Source: Polymyxa betae A26-41 | Taxonomy: Eukaryota; Protista; Endomyxa: Phytomyxea | Length of the DNA stretch: 64,000 nucleotides | Assembly (NCBI GenBank): GCA_003693705.1 | Contig: RBZT01000125.1 | Span: 434,001-498,000, forward strand | Direction: 5' to 3' | In this document: positions 1-12,549 of the stretch, piece after piece | Layout of the letters: each line of letters begins with the position of its first letter | Position numbering within the stretch: the stretch's first letter is position 1 | Notes under the pieces: generated by a model | What the model was told of the DNA's origin: nothing | Database searches by the model: none | Seen by the model: the letters and a program-made list of their open reading frames with translations, nothing else | Made by a program: the position numbers and the translations under genes

Positions 1-2752
1 ATTGATGATGAACCTGGGACTCTATACGCTTATGCTGATACAAACCCCATGGAGTCACCCCCCGACCCCATCTCCTATCTTGGCGATCTCGACTTCTCTC
101 TTAAAGGCAATTGTGCCGATCTCCTTCGTCAAAGCAACGCCCTTCTCCTACAGGCGTCGCTGACCTCCGCTCCGGCCCCTTCGTCCAACGTATCAACGCC
201 GCGCGCTTCCCCGTCGCTTTCGATGGCGGCTCTGGTCTCCGCCGTCTCCCCTGCCATCCGTGAAACTGGGCCTCGAACATACTCGTCGTCTGGTATCAGG
301 CGGACGCGGACTGCCGGCAGCAGTCCTGCCTCCCAGCTGCCACAGCAGCCGAATGTACGCGCCTGCGTTTGTAAGCCGACCTCGGGTATCAGCAGGTTCG
401 CGGTCGATCGTCACCCACTGGCCGACGCCGTCACTCTTCCGGATGTCGTCTCGATTCGATTCGGGGCGAAGATGGCGCGCCTCCTTCCCCGCCGCATTCG
501 CTATGGCCCATCAGCGACACCGGCTCCGATCGCCGTTGCCGGCGCCAATGACGTCATGGATGTCGACATGACTGCGACAGGGATCGAGGCTGGTCAGAAC
601 GACGACGACGACCGCGACTGTTACGTGACGGATACGTCCAGTGATAGTGACGTGCAGAGCTCGGCGTCCGTCTTGTTGACCGCCGCCAAGACATCGCGTG
701 CCCATCGTGCAGCTCCAGATCTCGATCCGCTTGATGCTCCGACTTTGCTGCTTCTGCAGCAGCACGTCCACGACCCGTTCTTCGGGGCCATATTGGCCCG
801 GAGCTGGCGCCAGGCGGGTACCGCGGCGTCTGAGACGATCGGGTTTCCAACATTTCTGTCGCAGAGCTGTGGCGAGGCAATTCGTGTCAGACAGCTGCTG
901 TTGGCGTCGAGTTTGTTGCCGAACTGGAGGGCAGTCACGAATCCGCTCCCGGTTCAGCAAACTCGACCCGACCAGACGACCAATCTAAAGGATTCGGGGT
1001 CGTCGGCCATCGACCAGATTGTCGTCAACGACTGCGACCTGCTGTTAGGGTTCGATGGTGACATCCGAACAATGTCGGCGGCCGCCGTCGAATTCTGGGA
1101 GGAATCGTGCCTGGAGCCGTTCAAATCCAAAGCCGATGTGTCGTACGTGGTCATACTACCTCACGAGACAAAGCCAACGGTTTCTTCCACCCTCATTGAG
1201 CCGTTTATCGAGGCTGTAAGCTCCATGTATGAGGTCATCCGATACTGCTGGTTTATTTGTTAACCCGCCTAACTGCTCTATAGACGAGCATGCTGGGCCA
1301 TCATACGCCCATCAAATGCTTCAGAGAGATTTTATCGCTGTCAACTCAGTTCCAGGAGACAATCGCTGCAGGAGCTAAAACTGATGACGACTTAACTGAA
1401 CGATATCACGAGTTCATTCTCGAAGCAATGAGTAACGCTCTAAAGAGATTCGCTGAAAATTTCCGAATAACATTGTTTGCAGGTTCTGCGGCGATGCGCT
1501 CGAAGCTGATTTCCACCGACACAAGCGTCGTCGTTATCTACATTGTCGTGGATGGGACGTTGCCCATCAATCTACGGCAGTTCGCGCTGCTCGTGAATCG
1601 GTTACGTTTGGTTCTGGGAGCTCCCAGCTGGAACTCGACGTCAAGACGGAAGAACGTGGTAGCTCAGATCGTCCCTCTCAGTCTAGTTCATGGAGTTCAC
1701 ATCTCCAATGAAATATCACCAATCACGACTCTCCGCCAGCTTGTGTTCTCGGTTTTCTCGCGGAACCACTTCGTACCAGCGATCCCCATCGATTTCGAGC
1801 TGAATATGAAACTTGATGCCGGCCTGGGATTGACGGCATTCGAACCGGCATACGTCGTCCACAATGAATGTGCGGTCCCGAATCCATCCCAAACTATGCA
1901 GCGATCACGTCTCTCTGTTCACATCACTTATCTCTCTATACGAGTTAGTGAACATCAGGAATGGATTGTTGGCTGTGCGACAGATATGAGAGGCGAACGT
2001 CTACATACAACGTGTGTACAACGAGTTCCAGGGCAGCCGCTTTCTTTAGCTTTTAAATCGCTCTGGTCGGAATGTTTGCGACCGGTTCTTGTATGAACTG
2101 TACTGGCTCGTGCAAATTGTAACAACTGATTTCTGTTCAGGATTTTTTACATTCGCGCACGGATCAAGGCCCGATGACGGTTGCTGTGTTCAAGATTGGG
2201 ACGATGTCCGCAGAGGAATGCTCGACTTGGATATCGCTTTTGGCTGATCGTCTAGGAGGCCACTGGACGACTTTCCAAGAGCAGAATCTGCGATGCAATT
2301 CGCCAGCCGCAGCTACCAAGGCGAACCCCGCTGTCCCCGCCGATGTTCGCCTTTCGGTTTCGGCTGCGTTTCTCATGTCGTGCCCCAGTTCGGCAATGTT
2401 ACAATTGATTGAGGAAGCATCCCATCAAAATAACAGCTTCGTGTTGCATCAACATCAACTCTTACATGATTACAGACTCGATGCTCCGATCGTCAGCGCC
2501 GATCTCTATTTCCGGGATGGGTCGTCAATCAGATGCCAATTAGAACGCTACATAGTGCATGACGCCAACGATACTTTAGAGTCGGGTTTTGTGATTGATG
2601 CTTATCGGGCCATAATTCAACAAACCCTCGCTCTTAATGTATTCAGTGCTGGACCAGGCGCAGGACTGCCTTTGCATTTCACTACAACTCAGCGTCTGGC
2701 GCTCTATTTAACTGCTACTTTGCAGCAACTCAATAATGATCGTGCTGTATAG
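1..2752 (+). CDS. MED13: Mediator kinase-module subunit 13 (C-terminal part; 5' end lies upstream of the window)
   Basis: Three consecutive + ORFs are joined by short GT-AG introns (~1234-1282 and ~2091-2140). The motif FWEESCLEPF..KADVSYVVILP matches the Med13 'FWExxxLEP..xKDVxYVV' signature. Also seen: VVIYIV, VAQIVP, WIVGCATDMRGE and a terminal LPLH motif. Confidence 0.75.
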
Positions 2753-3241
2753 CAACGACCATCATATTGAGCTTATCGATTTAATTATTTAATGTATATC
2801 CAAATATTCCATTCTCAGTTCTCCAGGCTTCGAAATTGTCATTACTGCACAAGAATCTCAATTTCTATGTACATATCATTCTATGAGGCACCAGGCCCCT
2901 CGATTGTTTCAGCAATTGCAGACTGAGCTTTCTAACTTCTATCAGAGTAATGTGCAACTGGCAATGCGATGCAAACTCAGGGTGTTTTGGAGTCACATCT
3001 AAGCGGTTTTAGATCTGCTCTCCATCCATTAATTCACTCTCAGAATCTACTCATTCATCTTCAACAGGGTAACAAATTAATGACAATGGTCACCAAACAA
3101 TACCAATCGGTGAATTTGTGGTATTGCATTGGGCGATGCAAGCAAACGCATGAACTATATCATTGACCGAACTCAAATCCGAACACTCAATACAGCACTT
3201 CAACCTTTCGAGAGAGACTTTTGATCGCACAACAGGCAGGA

Positions 3242-4072
3242 ATGAGAGAACATTTCAATTACTTCATTTTGGTGTTCGCTTTGGTGCTCACTGCTATCGA
3301 GAACCATAACGAGTACAAGCACATTCATACCGTATCACCCCGTCTAACGACTAGCAAACCATTCGTAATTGGTCGTCCAACAGCCATTGACTCCGGCGCC
3401 AACATACTGAAGACCGAAGCCCAACTCGATATCGTCTTGTCGGGATCGTTTTGGACTGTGTACTCATTCGACATCGTTTGTCACACTTGGTGCAAAAAGT
3501 TCGCCGATTATAGTGGACCTGTGAAAAAGGAGGATGACGTCAAGAGTGCCCCGTTTGCGGCCATGACCGGCATCTTCGGTTCGGTTGGGAAGATGCGGTC
3601 GCTGAATATAACCATTTCCACACCAGTTGATACCAACAACAACGACATCTGTGCTGTTATTCGACCAGTATACCCGACCCGATATGATAACGCGCCGACC
3701 ATCAACGTCAAGATGACGTATCGCTACAAGAAGGCGGATTTCATGACCATATGGTTTAGGTGCACCGCTTGCATCGTATGCACAGCGTTCGCTATCTTTC
3801 ACATGCTTAACTATATCTTGGCATGTTACCTTTATCCCACAGCCGAAAAGAAGATTCCCGGATCGAAATCGGTTGAGCGCAGGAAAAGAGAGGAACAAAC
3901 TGTACAGGGCAATGATGTGGACGATGCAATAGGGAAAGCGGAACATCCAGGAAAGATAGGGCTGGTTCAGGGTAAACAGTCGATTGAAAACATATCGGAT
4001 CAGAACAGCAATGATTCCGATTACGAACTAATTCCAGATACAAAGAACGTCTTTGCTCCAAAGTGCAAATAA
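3242..4072 (+). CDS. Orphan type-I membrane protein (signal peptide, beta-rich ectodomain, one TM helix, charged tail); paralogue A
   Basis: Intronless ORF with a hydrophobic N-terminus (YFILVFALVLTA), a second hydrophobic segment (CTACIVCTAFAIFHMLNYILACYL) and an acidic tail. It shares spaced motifs with the next ORF. Confidence 0.7.
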   Translation: MREHFNYFILVFALVLTAIENHNEYKHIHTVSPRLTTSKPFVIGRPTAIDSGANILKTEAQLDIVLSGSFWTVYSFDIVCHTWCKKFADYSGPVKKEDDVKSAPFAAMTGIFGSVGKMRSLNITISTPVDTNNNDICAVIRPVYPTRYDNAPTINVKMTYRYKKADFMTIWFRCTACIVCTAFAIFHMLNYILACYLYPTAEKKIPGSKSVERRKREEQTVQGNDVDDAIGKAEHPGKIGLVQGKQSIENISDQNSNDSDYELIPDTKNVFAPKCK

Positions 4073-4261
4073 AAAACAGCTCAAAAGTGCCCACTGCTAG
4101 CTAGCTGGTTTAAGGATCGTGCACGGACTGCCAGAAATGATTGGAGATCGGCCGACGCTGATGTTGCTGCAGCTCGTTGGCTAAGTTGCATTTTGCGCTG
4201 CAATCCTGCACCCGTCATTGCAATCGGCTTCAATCCATCGCTGCACTACGTCGTTGAAAGA

Positions 4262-5356
4262 ATGAAGTCTATGTTGGTTGGAGTTTCCACTGCCTTGGCG
4301 TTGGCGGGCATCCTGACAGCGACACTTCTGTCGCTGAGCGCCAGGGTGGAACGTCGCGCTATATCATCGTCGCCGACACTTTTTCGTGGCCGCCCGTACG
4401 TCATGAAGATTCACGATTTTAACAGAGAAAAGAAGTCAGTCGTGAACGCGAATGTTAAGGTCGAACTGGTCCAGAGTGGGTCTTTATTCGCCAGATACAC
4501 GGTATCATTGATCGCCGACCCGTGGTGCCAATCGCTGCCGAAAGAAGCCTCAATGGATTTCGAAATGAACTCGATTCCGACACCTCTCGTATCTGGTACA
4601 TTTGGGCCCATGATGAATCCGAAATTGAATCTCTCCATTGAGGATGACCTTGAGCTGACAGGTCGAGACTTCTGCGTTGTCATCACCAATGATAGACATC
4701 CGTCGCATTCATTAACCGATGCAGCCAAAGCCAATGTCGTCGTCCGTTTCCATGTCCGAACCCGAAGAGGCAAAGCTTTCAAGTTCCTGTACGAACCCGG
4801 TAATCAACCAGCTATTATGGCGATTTCATTCGTGATTGGATTTGCTGCTGTCTTCATTTCTTTGATCGCGACTTCGAAGTCCAATTTAATCGATGGCGAG
4901 AACATTAAATACGCAGAACCGAACAAGACGAAACTGCCTGAGTCCCAGGGCAGCCAATATGAAGCAGGGCGTCGTCGCGGTCGTCATCGTAACCAAAACC
5001 GAGCAAGTCTAAAGTCTGAGGACGACCAAGGTAAACAGGACGACCAAGGTAAACTTGAACAAGTTGGCGCCGTATCAGATTTGGACGTGCCGTCACCAAA
5101 AGTTGCCGATGAACATCACGAGACCGCCATCGGTATGATTGATTGCGACCCTGCAATCGACATTCCGAAAGCAGTTGTGGAGAAGAAATCGATGATCAAC
5201 CCACCAAGTGAAGATGTTTTAGATGATCTAATCACTGAGGATCGCAGCGCTGTTGACGGCATCCATGATGATGACAAACGCATACTTGAACAACTGCTGC
5301 AGGCTACAGAAGTATCAGATAAAGAATCCGCCGATTCAGATTATCTCGTTATTTAA
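4262..5356 (+). CDS. Orphan type-I membrane protein; paralogue B
   Basis: Intronless ORF with a signal-like N-terminus (MKSMLVGVSTALALAGILTATLL), a TM helix (IMAISFVIGFAAVFISLIA) and an acidic tail. Motifs SGSLF, WC, SGTFG, LNLSI and DFCVVI correspond to paralogue A. Confidence 0.7.
   Translation: MKSMLVGVSTALALAGILTATLLSLSARVERRAISSSPTLFRGRPYVMKIHDFNREKKSVVNANVKVELVQSGSLFARYTVSLIADPWCQSLPKEASMDFEMNSIPTPLVSGTFGPMMNPKLNLSIEDDLELTGRDFCVVITNDRHPSHSLTDAAKANVVVRFHVRTRRGKAFKFLYEPGNQPAIMAISFVIGFAAVFISLIATSKSNLIDGENIKYAEPNKTKLPESQGSQYEAGRRRGRHRNQNRASLKSEDDQGKQDDQGKLEQVGAVSDLDVPSPKVADEHHETAIGMIDCDPAIDIPKAVVEKKSMINPPSEDVLDDLITEDRSAVDGIHDDDKRILEQLLQATEVSDKESADSDYLVI
5019..5054 (+). repeat. Perfect 18-nt tandem duplication (in frame, DDQGKQ-DDQGK)
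   Basis: aggacgaccaaggtaaac occurs twice in tandem. Confidence 0.85.
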
Positions 5357-5422
5357 ACTTCCTGACCATTAGTTCCTATTAATTTCCTTACAATCGAATA
5401 TTGACGTGATAAATATCTTCAT

Positions 5423-6203
5423 TTATACAAGGATAAGGTGTCTGACCAGAGTCAGAGCAATTGCGGACAGGATTGGGATGGTGAGGTTGTCATCCATCAC
5501 GGTGCTGAGTACCGAACATTCGGTAGTGCTCGCTGCCAGAGCTCCTGCTACTGATTGGGCTAAAATATAGCTTAGAGGCAGCCTGTCCATAGAATATAAA
5601 TAAGCACAGCCCACAATCAAACACGTTGTGAAGTTCGCAACAGCTCCTATCAAAGTCTTCCCATTTCGAAACCGAATCGAATCCGGTTTTTGCAGCCACT
5701 TTCCGAAAAATGAAGCGGCAGGATCCCCGATTGCTAGATATAGAGTCGATAGGACCGCCACCGGAAGAGCGAATACTGTGACCAAAATATCAATACTGAG
5801 AAGAAAATAGAAAGCTGTAGGCAGTTGATTATGCTCGCATGGGCGCAATATCGGCGAAAAACAACGATTGAATGCAGCGTTAAACAATGGATCGTTTAAC
5901 CGAACGATATGCAGAAGACCAAACAGAAATAATACGATAGTCAGGACAATTGTAGATTCAAACGGCAACAATACCCATTGCCCAATACAAGCACATCCAA
6001 TGCCTAGCAATCACTTAGACGCTTTCGTATTGACTGTCAGGCGGACAGATACCGATGAGAGCATGGAATACCATTCGGCGCAAATGAAACCGCGACCGAA
6101 TCGGTGGCGCCGGGCACTTGATAGCGATCAGCGTCAAGGTTAGGATGGCCAGAGACGATGCGAACCCCATCGTGACCGACGAGGTCGCCGGCCACGATGA
6201 CAT
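5423..6203 (-). CDS. CTP-dependent lipid kinase (DGK1/phytol/dolichol kinase-like, cytidylyltransferase family)
   Basis: Motifs HLRRMVFH, LAIGDPAASFFGK, NGKTLIGA and DDNLTIP; multiple TM helices; one intron at ~6004-6052. Confidence 0.85.
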
Positions 6204-6464
6204 GGAGGTTAAAGACATGATAGAGAAGAATGCGAGTATAAAGAACCCTTTTAGTGACTATCATACAGCTGTATACGTGACAATGAGTCATGATGTGGGC
6301 GCGGGCCTGTTGGCAGTCGCTGGCCCCATCTCTGTCATTTCTAGTGCTCTGTCTGAGTGCTTGTCTGACCCCTTCACCCCATTTGATCCTCACTACGGAG
6401 GGTGCAGAGCATCAGAAGCTTTGTCTCATTTCTGTTAGTGTCTGTCCCGGTAGACCGCGGCTGT

Positions 6465-8106
6465 ATGCCGAAAGTCGAGGCGCCATCGCCAAAGAATCGG
6501 AATGGGGCGAAACCGGCGCCAGAACCCCAGATGTCGCCGAAATCGGCTTTGAAAGTGAGCCAGTAGCGATGGGGTTGGATCGAATTAGTTGAATGATATC
6601 GTTGTAAGGCAGATCAATATCGGAAATTGGACCGACTTGGGGAAGGTAAGGAGACCGCTATGATGGCTGCATCTGTGATGCTGAATGGAGATCGGCCAGG
6701 CTCTTTTGGAACTGCGTATTTGGTGGAAAAAGTCGATGAACCTAATCATAAACGATTCGTCCTGAAGTATTGTGGAATCTGATGACATATTGTATGGTTA
6801 TATGCTTATTAGGGAGATACGCTGTCGTGATAAAGAGCAGGTGATTGATGCATTACGAGAGGTAATCTTATGTCAAATTGGAAGCCAAGTCTTACATGAG
6901 CTTTCCAGATGGTGACAATGAGAATTCTGCAATGCCCTTGGGTAAAAGCACTCTTTGTATTTCGAGTCCCATTTTGATAATTTGATCCACCAGGTTGTTC
7001 GTTACGAAGGTAATCAAATGCCCGTTCTGATTCTAGACAACTTCTAAATCTCACACTGAAGATTACTGGACTGAAGATCTGAATGTCATTCTGGTTATGG
7101 TAATGCTGTATTGTAACTCTACCTGCTTGGCTAAGCGTAAATTCAGGAATATTGCCCTGGCGGTGACCTTTATAAGGAAATGAACAAAGCGCTGAAAAGA
7201 CGATCCCATCTACCCGAAGAGACCGTTATTAAATGGTTCACCCAAATAGCTCTTGGCCTAAATGAAGTCCACAATCGCGCCTTCATGCATCGAGATATCA
7301 AGCCTTCAAATGTATTAAGCAACTTCATGATTCTGCTTCATTCAACAAGTGTAACAGGTACTCTTAGATTCAGAAGGAAACGCCAAATTGGGTGATTTTG
7401 GTCTGACCAATAATATTGGCGGAGCTGATATTAACGAAAGCTACCGCGGTACCATATGTGGAACGCCAGGATTCCTGTCGCCTGAAATCGAGCGCGGTGA
7501 CAAATACAACGTTAAATCGGACGTTTGGTATCGGATTAGCTGCCCAATTGTCTACTATGTTAAGCATTCGATATGTAGGGCGCTTGCTTGTACATTGTAT
7601 GAGATGCTAGCACTACGATCTGTGTTCCAAGACACGTTGGATGGAACCTTTCCTGGGCCTATACCTGATGTATATAGGTAGACTAAATCCTCATTGGATC
7701 AGCACCCTTTTAACTGATTTCCAGTCAAGAGATCTGCGATTTACTCAAAACGATGTTGGTTCCTGAGATGGCCTTGCGACCTCATGTTCGAGATGTTCTG
7801 AAGGTTCCGATGAAGTTTCGGTATCGCTTGAAAGCTCAATTTTTACATTAGATTCCGATCGTAGCGCGTTGTGCTCGCAAACTGTCTGGACTTCCCGAAG
7901 AACCAAGTCCGAGTGAAAATGAAGCTAAGACCGAGACGCAAAGCGATGCCAGTCCAGATTCGCCACTGAATCTATCAGAGCTCGGAGTTAAACTCAAAAA
8001 CCTGCAGTTCGATTCTGTTTGTAAGGATATTAAGGCCCATCCGATTACAGCATTCTATTTAACACTGCTATTTATTATGTTTTTGAAAATCTTCAGAATA
8101 TGTTAA
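6465..8106 (+). CDS. NIMA-related (NEK) Ser/Thr protein kinase, many short exons
   Basis: Manual splicing gives [63 protein letters not shown] and KSDVWALAC. The exact 3' end is uncertain (~8060-8106). Confidence 0.85.
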
Positions 8107-8790
8107 TACACCTTATGATTTCCTTCCATTCCAGGCAGTGAACACGTAATTTGTCTCATTTCTTCACGAATTTGAAAAACATGTGGATTGTGCCCTGTGT
8201 GTTGACTATGTAGGGCTTGGTCTAAGATGGTCGGGAATGCCCTCAGTTGTCCTTCGTAGCACTGGAGGGTTTCGTCCCCAATGGTCTAGAACCATCAGAA
8301 CAGCCTTAGCCATCTCGTGCCAAGCATTCAGAAGAGGTAAAGAAGGTGTTCCAGCAAATTCAGGCAACAAAATTTGGGAATTCGAAGGAATCAGCTTAAG
8401 GATGTCGAAACCTCCATTCTGGATACCATGTTGTAGAAGGAAGGCAGCCGCATCTTCATCCAATGACGTCTGCAGTCTGCCCAGTAAATGGCACGCTGAA
8501 TCTGAACGATTGTATATAAAGAATTTCCAGCATTGGAGAATGTCCAATGGATCCGAAATGAACTTCACAGATTGCCATTTTTCAGTTTTGCTCGCATATA
8601 AGGCTATCAATCGTCATGTTATTACATCAACAATTAAGATGGTTCCTGGGTCCAGCATCTCCATGATCTCATGATCTAAATCTTAGAACAATGACTTCCA
8701 AACAATTCACCGACCAGAATAACGGCGCAAATTGCAGCGATTACCAAAAGAGCACGTTTAATCAGGTAGACAATAGCCAGCATTGACATT
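8103..8790 (-). CDS. Hypothetical protein with N-terminal hydrophobic segment
   Basis: A 134-aa ORF (8206-8610) plus an upstream MSMLAIVYLIKRALLVIAAICAVIL segment. No recognisable family; boundaries approximate. Confidence 0.35.
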
Positions 8791-9072
8791 CTGTCGGCTG
8801 CTCGGCGTCACTGGACAGAGCCAGCAAGGCTGCTGGTAGTAGATAGAGGCAATTCATTATGAAAGGGAGAATGACCGGCTCCATTACTGTATGCGTTTCA
8901 CGTTATTAGTGAAGAGGGGTGGTGCCCATTGGATGAGCCCATCACCCCAAGCAGTCTCCAGCACATTGCAGTGAAACACCAAACGCTGGAACCCTCTCTC
9001 CGTCATTATCAATTTCACGGGCTTCATCTCGCGACTCTTCATTCAGTCAGAACTGCTGCGTCTTCCATCGCC

Positions 9073-10415
9073 ATGGCCAGCTCCAAATCGAGGTCAACGG
9101 CAAAGAATCTGGTGGCGGGTGGCCTAGCTGGGGTTTGCCGATCCTGGTGTTCCTTGCGCTTGGTTTTTAATTGAATGGATAGGCTACCGAAGCATGCATC
9201 ATGTATCCGACCGAATTTGTGAAGACACAGCTGCAGCTAGCCTCCACATCCAAAGGATCGTCACCGCCGTTTAAAACTCCAATTGATTGTTTGAAGTTTA
9301 CTGTTCGAACACAAGGATTTCTGGGTCTTTATTCGGTTTGGTGAATTTTCCAATAGTATATCCGTTTAAGATTACGTTTAGGGCCTATCCACATTGATTG
9401 TTGGAAGCATACCGAAAGCTGCAGTTCGGTTCGCGGCGTTCAACCAACTGTCAAATATGCTGAAAAGCTCAGATGGACAACTGTCAACAACTGCTACGAT
9501 GGCATCGGGGCTTGGAGCAGGGATCGTGGAAGGTAGATCGGTTATCATTGTTTTGTGAACAGCTCTCTCTAAATCTCTTTTGTAGCTGTTGTTGCTGGTA
9601 AGAAATCGAAATTTCTTCCAATTATTGATTTGGCTAAAATTGGGGGGTTTAGTGACGCCCATGGAGACTGTGAAAGTACTTCCTTGAAACCTATATTTAC
9701 CTAGAATGAAGCGTTTCCTTCTGTAGACTAGGCTGATCGACGACCGAAACCGACCGCAACCAAAGTATCGAGGATTGGTTGATGTGATTTCCAAGATTGT
9801 CAAAGCCGAAGGAATGAAGGGCTTCTATGCGGGTGTTGTTCCTACTATGGTATGCTGTTTTCCTTGGTAGATCCACTCGTTAATTTTGTGTAGATGAAGC
9901 AAGGCGTAAATCAAGCTGTCAGGTTCTGAAATTTCCTCAACTGTCTCTCCACCTTAAAGTTCCTTCTCTAGGTTCGCCATATATGGGCGAATCAAGGCAT
10001 TCGTGACTGGTGGATCTGGTCAGATTACAACACTACAATCGCTCTTGTCTGGCAGCTTAGCGGGCTTCGTTAGTGTTTATGTGACGATGCCATTTGATGT
10101 AAACTGCACCAACAGCTCGTGCAGACTAATTTAACTTGATTTCTGAGCAGGTTGTTAAAACACGTATGCAAGGCCTTGAAGCTAAAGCATATACGGGAAC
10201 CTGGAACTGCTTCACGTCGGTTATAAAGAATGATGGTGTTCTAGCTCTATGGAAGGGAACTACACCCAGATTAAGCCGTGTTATGTTTTCTGGAGGGATC
10301 ATATTCGCGAGTACGACCCAACTAATGCAAACGTTTTGTTAGAGACCGATTTTGTCGTTTAGGTTATGAAGCCGTTATGAAATCTTTAATCAATGTCTGG
10401 CCGGAGCCAGAATAA
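9073..10415 (+). CDS. Mitochondrial tricarboxylate (citrate) carrier, SLC25A1/CTP1-like
   Basis: Three carrier signatures after splicing: YPTEFVKTQLQL, VTPMETVKTRLI and MPFDVVKTRMQG. Also GSIPKAAVRF, KQGVNQAVRF and WKGTTPRLSRV. Confidence 0.9.
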
Positions 10416-10437
10416 CAATACTGTCTCGTGAAATGCA

Positions 10438-10923
10438 TTATCTACATACCCGATAAATTTGTGCTGCAGCTGCAGCTGAAAACCCGCATATGGCGATCAC
10501 AGCGATGATGAGACCGACCCAGAATACGGCTTTCGAACTCATGAAGACGTACATCAGAACGAAACCGGCGACAAATATGATAGCGAACGTCATGATGATT
10601 AAAGAGTAGCGGACTGTATCGACGGTTTGTCGGATTGCTTGTGTTGGGACTGTTCCAGGTCCTGGGACAAACCATCTCTGGAGCATATCGTTAACGATGA
10701 ATTTGTAGCCGGCCGAATTAACAAATTCCGTTCATGTCAAGCGGACCAGCATACCCCCAACATAACGAACAACCGCACAACAAAATCTATTTGTGTGACA
10801 ACGTTCGCGCTGCGCTTTGTTCGAATCGAAAACTCTTCTTAGATTACGTAGATCATCATAAACAAGTTGGGTTTTCGGACTAAGAAAATAGTAGGATAAA
10901 ACCCGTGACGAATTCGCCCTCAT
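10438..10923 (-). CDS. Small hypothetical membrane protein with two C-terminal TM helices
   Basis: ORF 10438-10686 has two strongly hydrophobic helices. The 5' exon structure is uncertain. Confidence 0.4.
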
Positions 10924-11146
10924 ACTTGAGAGTTGGGGCCGTGTTCTTTCAATAGAGATAATCATCTATCAAGATCAGAGGGACTATCGGCCACACACAG
11001 ACACACCCGGCATTGATCTCCGTTTGATTCCGAGACGTATTGTCACTGCCCGGACTGGTTTGTAGCTCCTGTTATCGAATTGGGTCTGGGGCTATCCCCG
11101 GGCTCTCCTTTCGGGTTGTAGGCTGATTCGCCATCCATAGGGCCGA

Positions 11147-12464
11147 ATGGGCGACGATAAAAATCGCAGGAGACGCCTGACTCTGTCTGTTGAAGTCCCC
11201 AATCGGGCTGATGATTCTTTCAAGGCGTAAGTAGAAACCGTGTTGCAAATTCTTAATCGATCGTTGGATAATTAATATGTTTTTCAGTTCGGATACGACA
11301 TTTGCAGCAGGGCATCTGCTAATTAATCGGAATGGTGTCTATCGTGATCTATCCGATGAGCCCGAACCGAGTCCAAGCGTATCTAACGATAAGCTGATCA
11401 AAGATCTGGATGAAGTCCAGGTTCGTTTTGCCATATGGTCGGATTTGTCAACGATTAACATTGTTGATCAGTTATTGGGAACGCTGGGTCGTGGCTCTAC
11501 CAGCGTTGTTCATTCTGCTGTTCATAAATCCAGCGGATTGAAACTCGCTGTCAAAGAGATCAATGTGTTTGAGAAGGATCAGCGCCGATCATTGCTGAAG
11601 GAGCTGCATACTCTATATGAAGCGGATTCGCCATATTTGGTGAACTTTTATGGGGCTTTTTATAAGGGAGGCTCCATTTACATTGTGTTGGAATTAATGG
11701 AACTCGGGTCGTTACGCGATCTGCTCAATGCTGCCAACTCGAAATCGCTCCGAATCCCGGAATATGTGCTGGCGTCATTGTCGAAACAGATTCTGCTGGC
11801 ATTCGAATATCTGCATAAGAGGAAGCGAATGGCAGGTTTGCTTCCTCGACCCGATCTCAGCTACTAATTTGTCGCTCTAGGTGCATCGCGATATTAAACC
11901 TTCCAATATCGTCCTTAGTCGAGACTGTCAGGCGAAATTAACCGATTTTGGAGTGTCCACCGAGCTGGGTGAGAATGCGGTTGCTACAACCTTCGTTGGT
12001 ACGAGCACTTATATGAGGTAACAATACAATCATCCACCTCATGGAGCTCTAAACATGCTGACAGCCCTGAACGAATAATGGGTCTTGATTATTCACAACC
12101 TTCTGATATATGGAGTCTTGGCGTCACTTTATTAGAATGGTTCGTTGTGTATAGCATTGATTATCACGAATTTGAATTTTATTGATTTTGTTATAGTGCA
12201 ATGGGAAGGTATCCGTATCCGAATACAGGAGTCTATATAGAGCTCATGCAAGCGATTGTAAATGGGGATGTTCCAAGACCTGCTTCTGATACCAGTCCCG
12301 AGTTCCATTCGTTTCTAGATCTTTGTCTTCAGAAAGCACCCGAACAACGAGCGGCGGTTGAAGACCTCTTAAATCATCCTTTCATGGCGAATGTCAGTGA
12401 TGAGGTTATGAAAGCCGGGTCACAATGGATTCTTGAACTGCTCTGTCCTACAATCGATGCTTAA
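11147..12464 (+). CDS. MAP kinase kinase (STE7/MEK family)
   Basis: Basic docking-like N-terminus (RRRRLTLSV), [59 protein letters not shown]. Confidence 0.92.
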
Positions 12465-12549
12465 AACCTGCCTGAACAATCCAACAAGTTCTTTTAAATT
12501 ATTATTCTAATATAATCAGCAACATCACAACATCTTCACAAAGCGACAT

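Noticed and set aside
193-988. Several overlapping alternative-frame and antisense ORFs over MED13
   Set aside because: Expected shadow ORFs of GC-rich coding sequence; no motifs.
1-2752. MED13 has an Argonaute-like fold and could be linked with the KH-PLD gene as an RNA-silencing cluster
   Set aside because: MED13 is a standard Mediator subunit, the genes are 12 kb apart with unrelated genes between, and eukaryotic neighbourhood gives no support.
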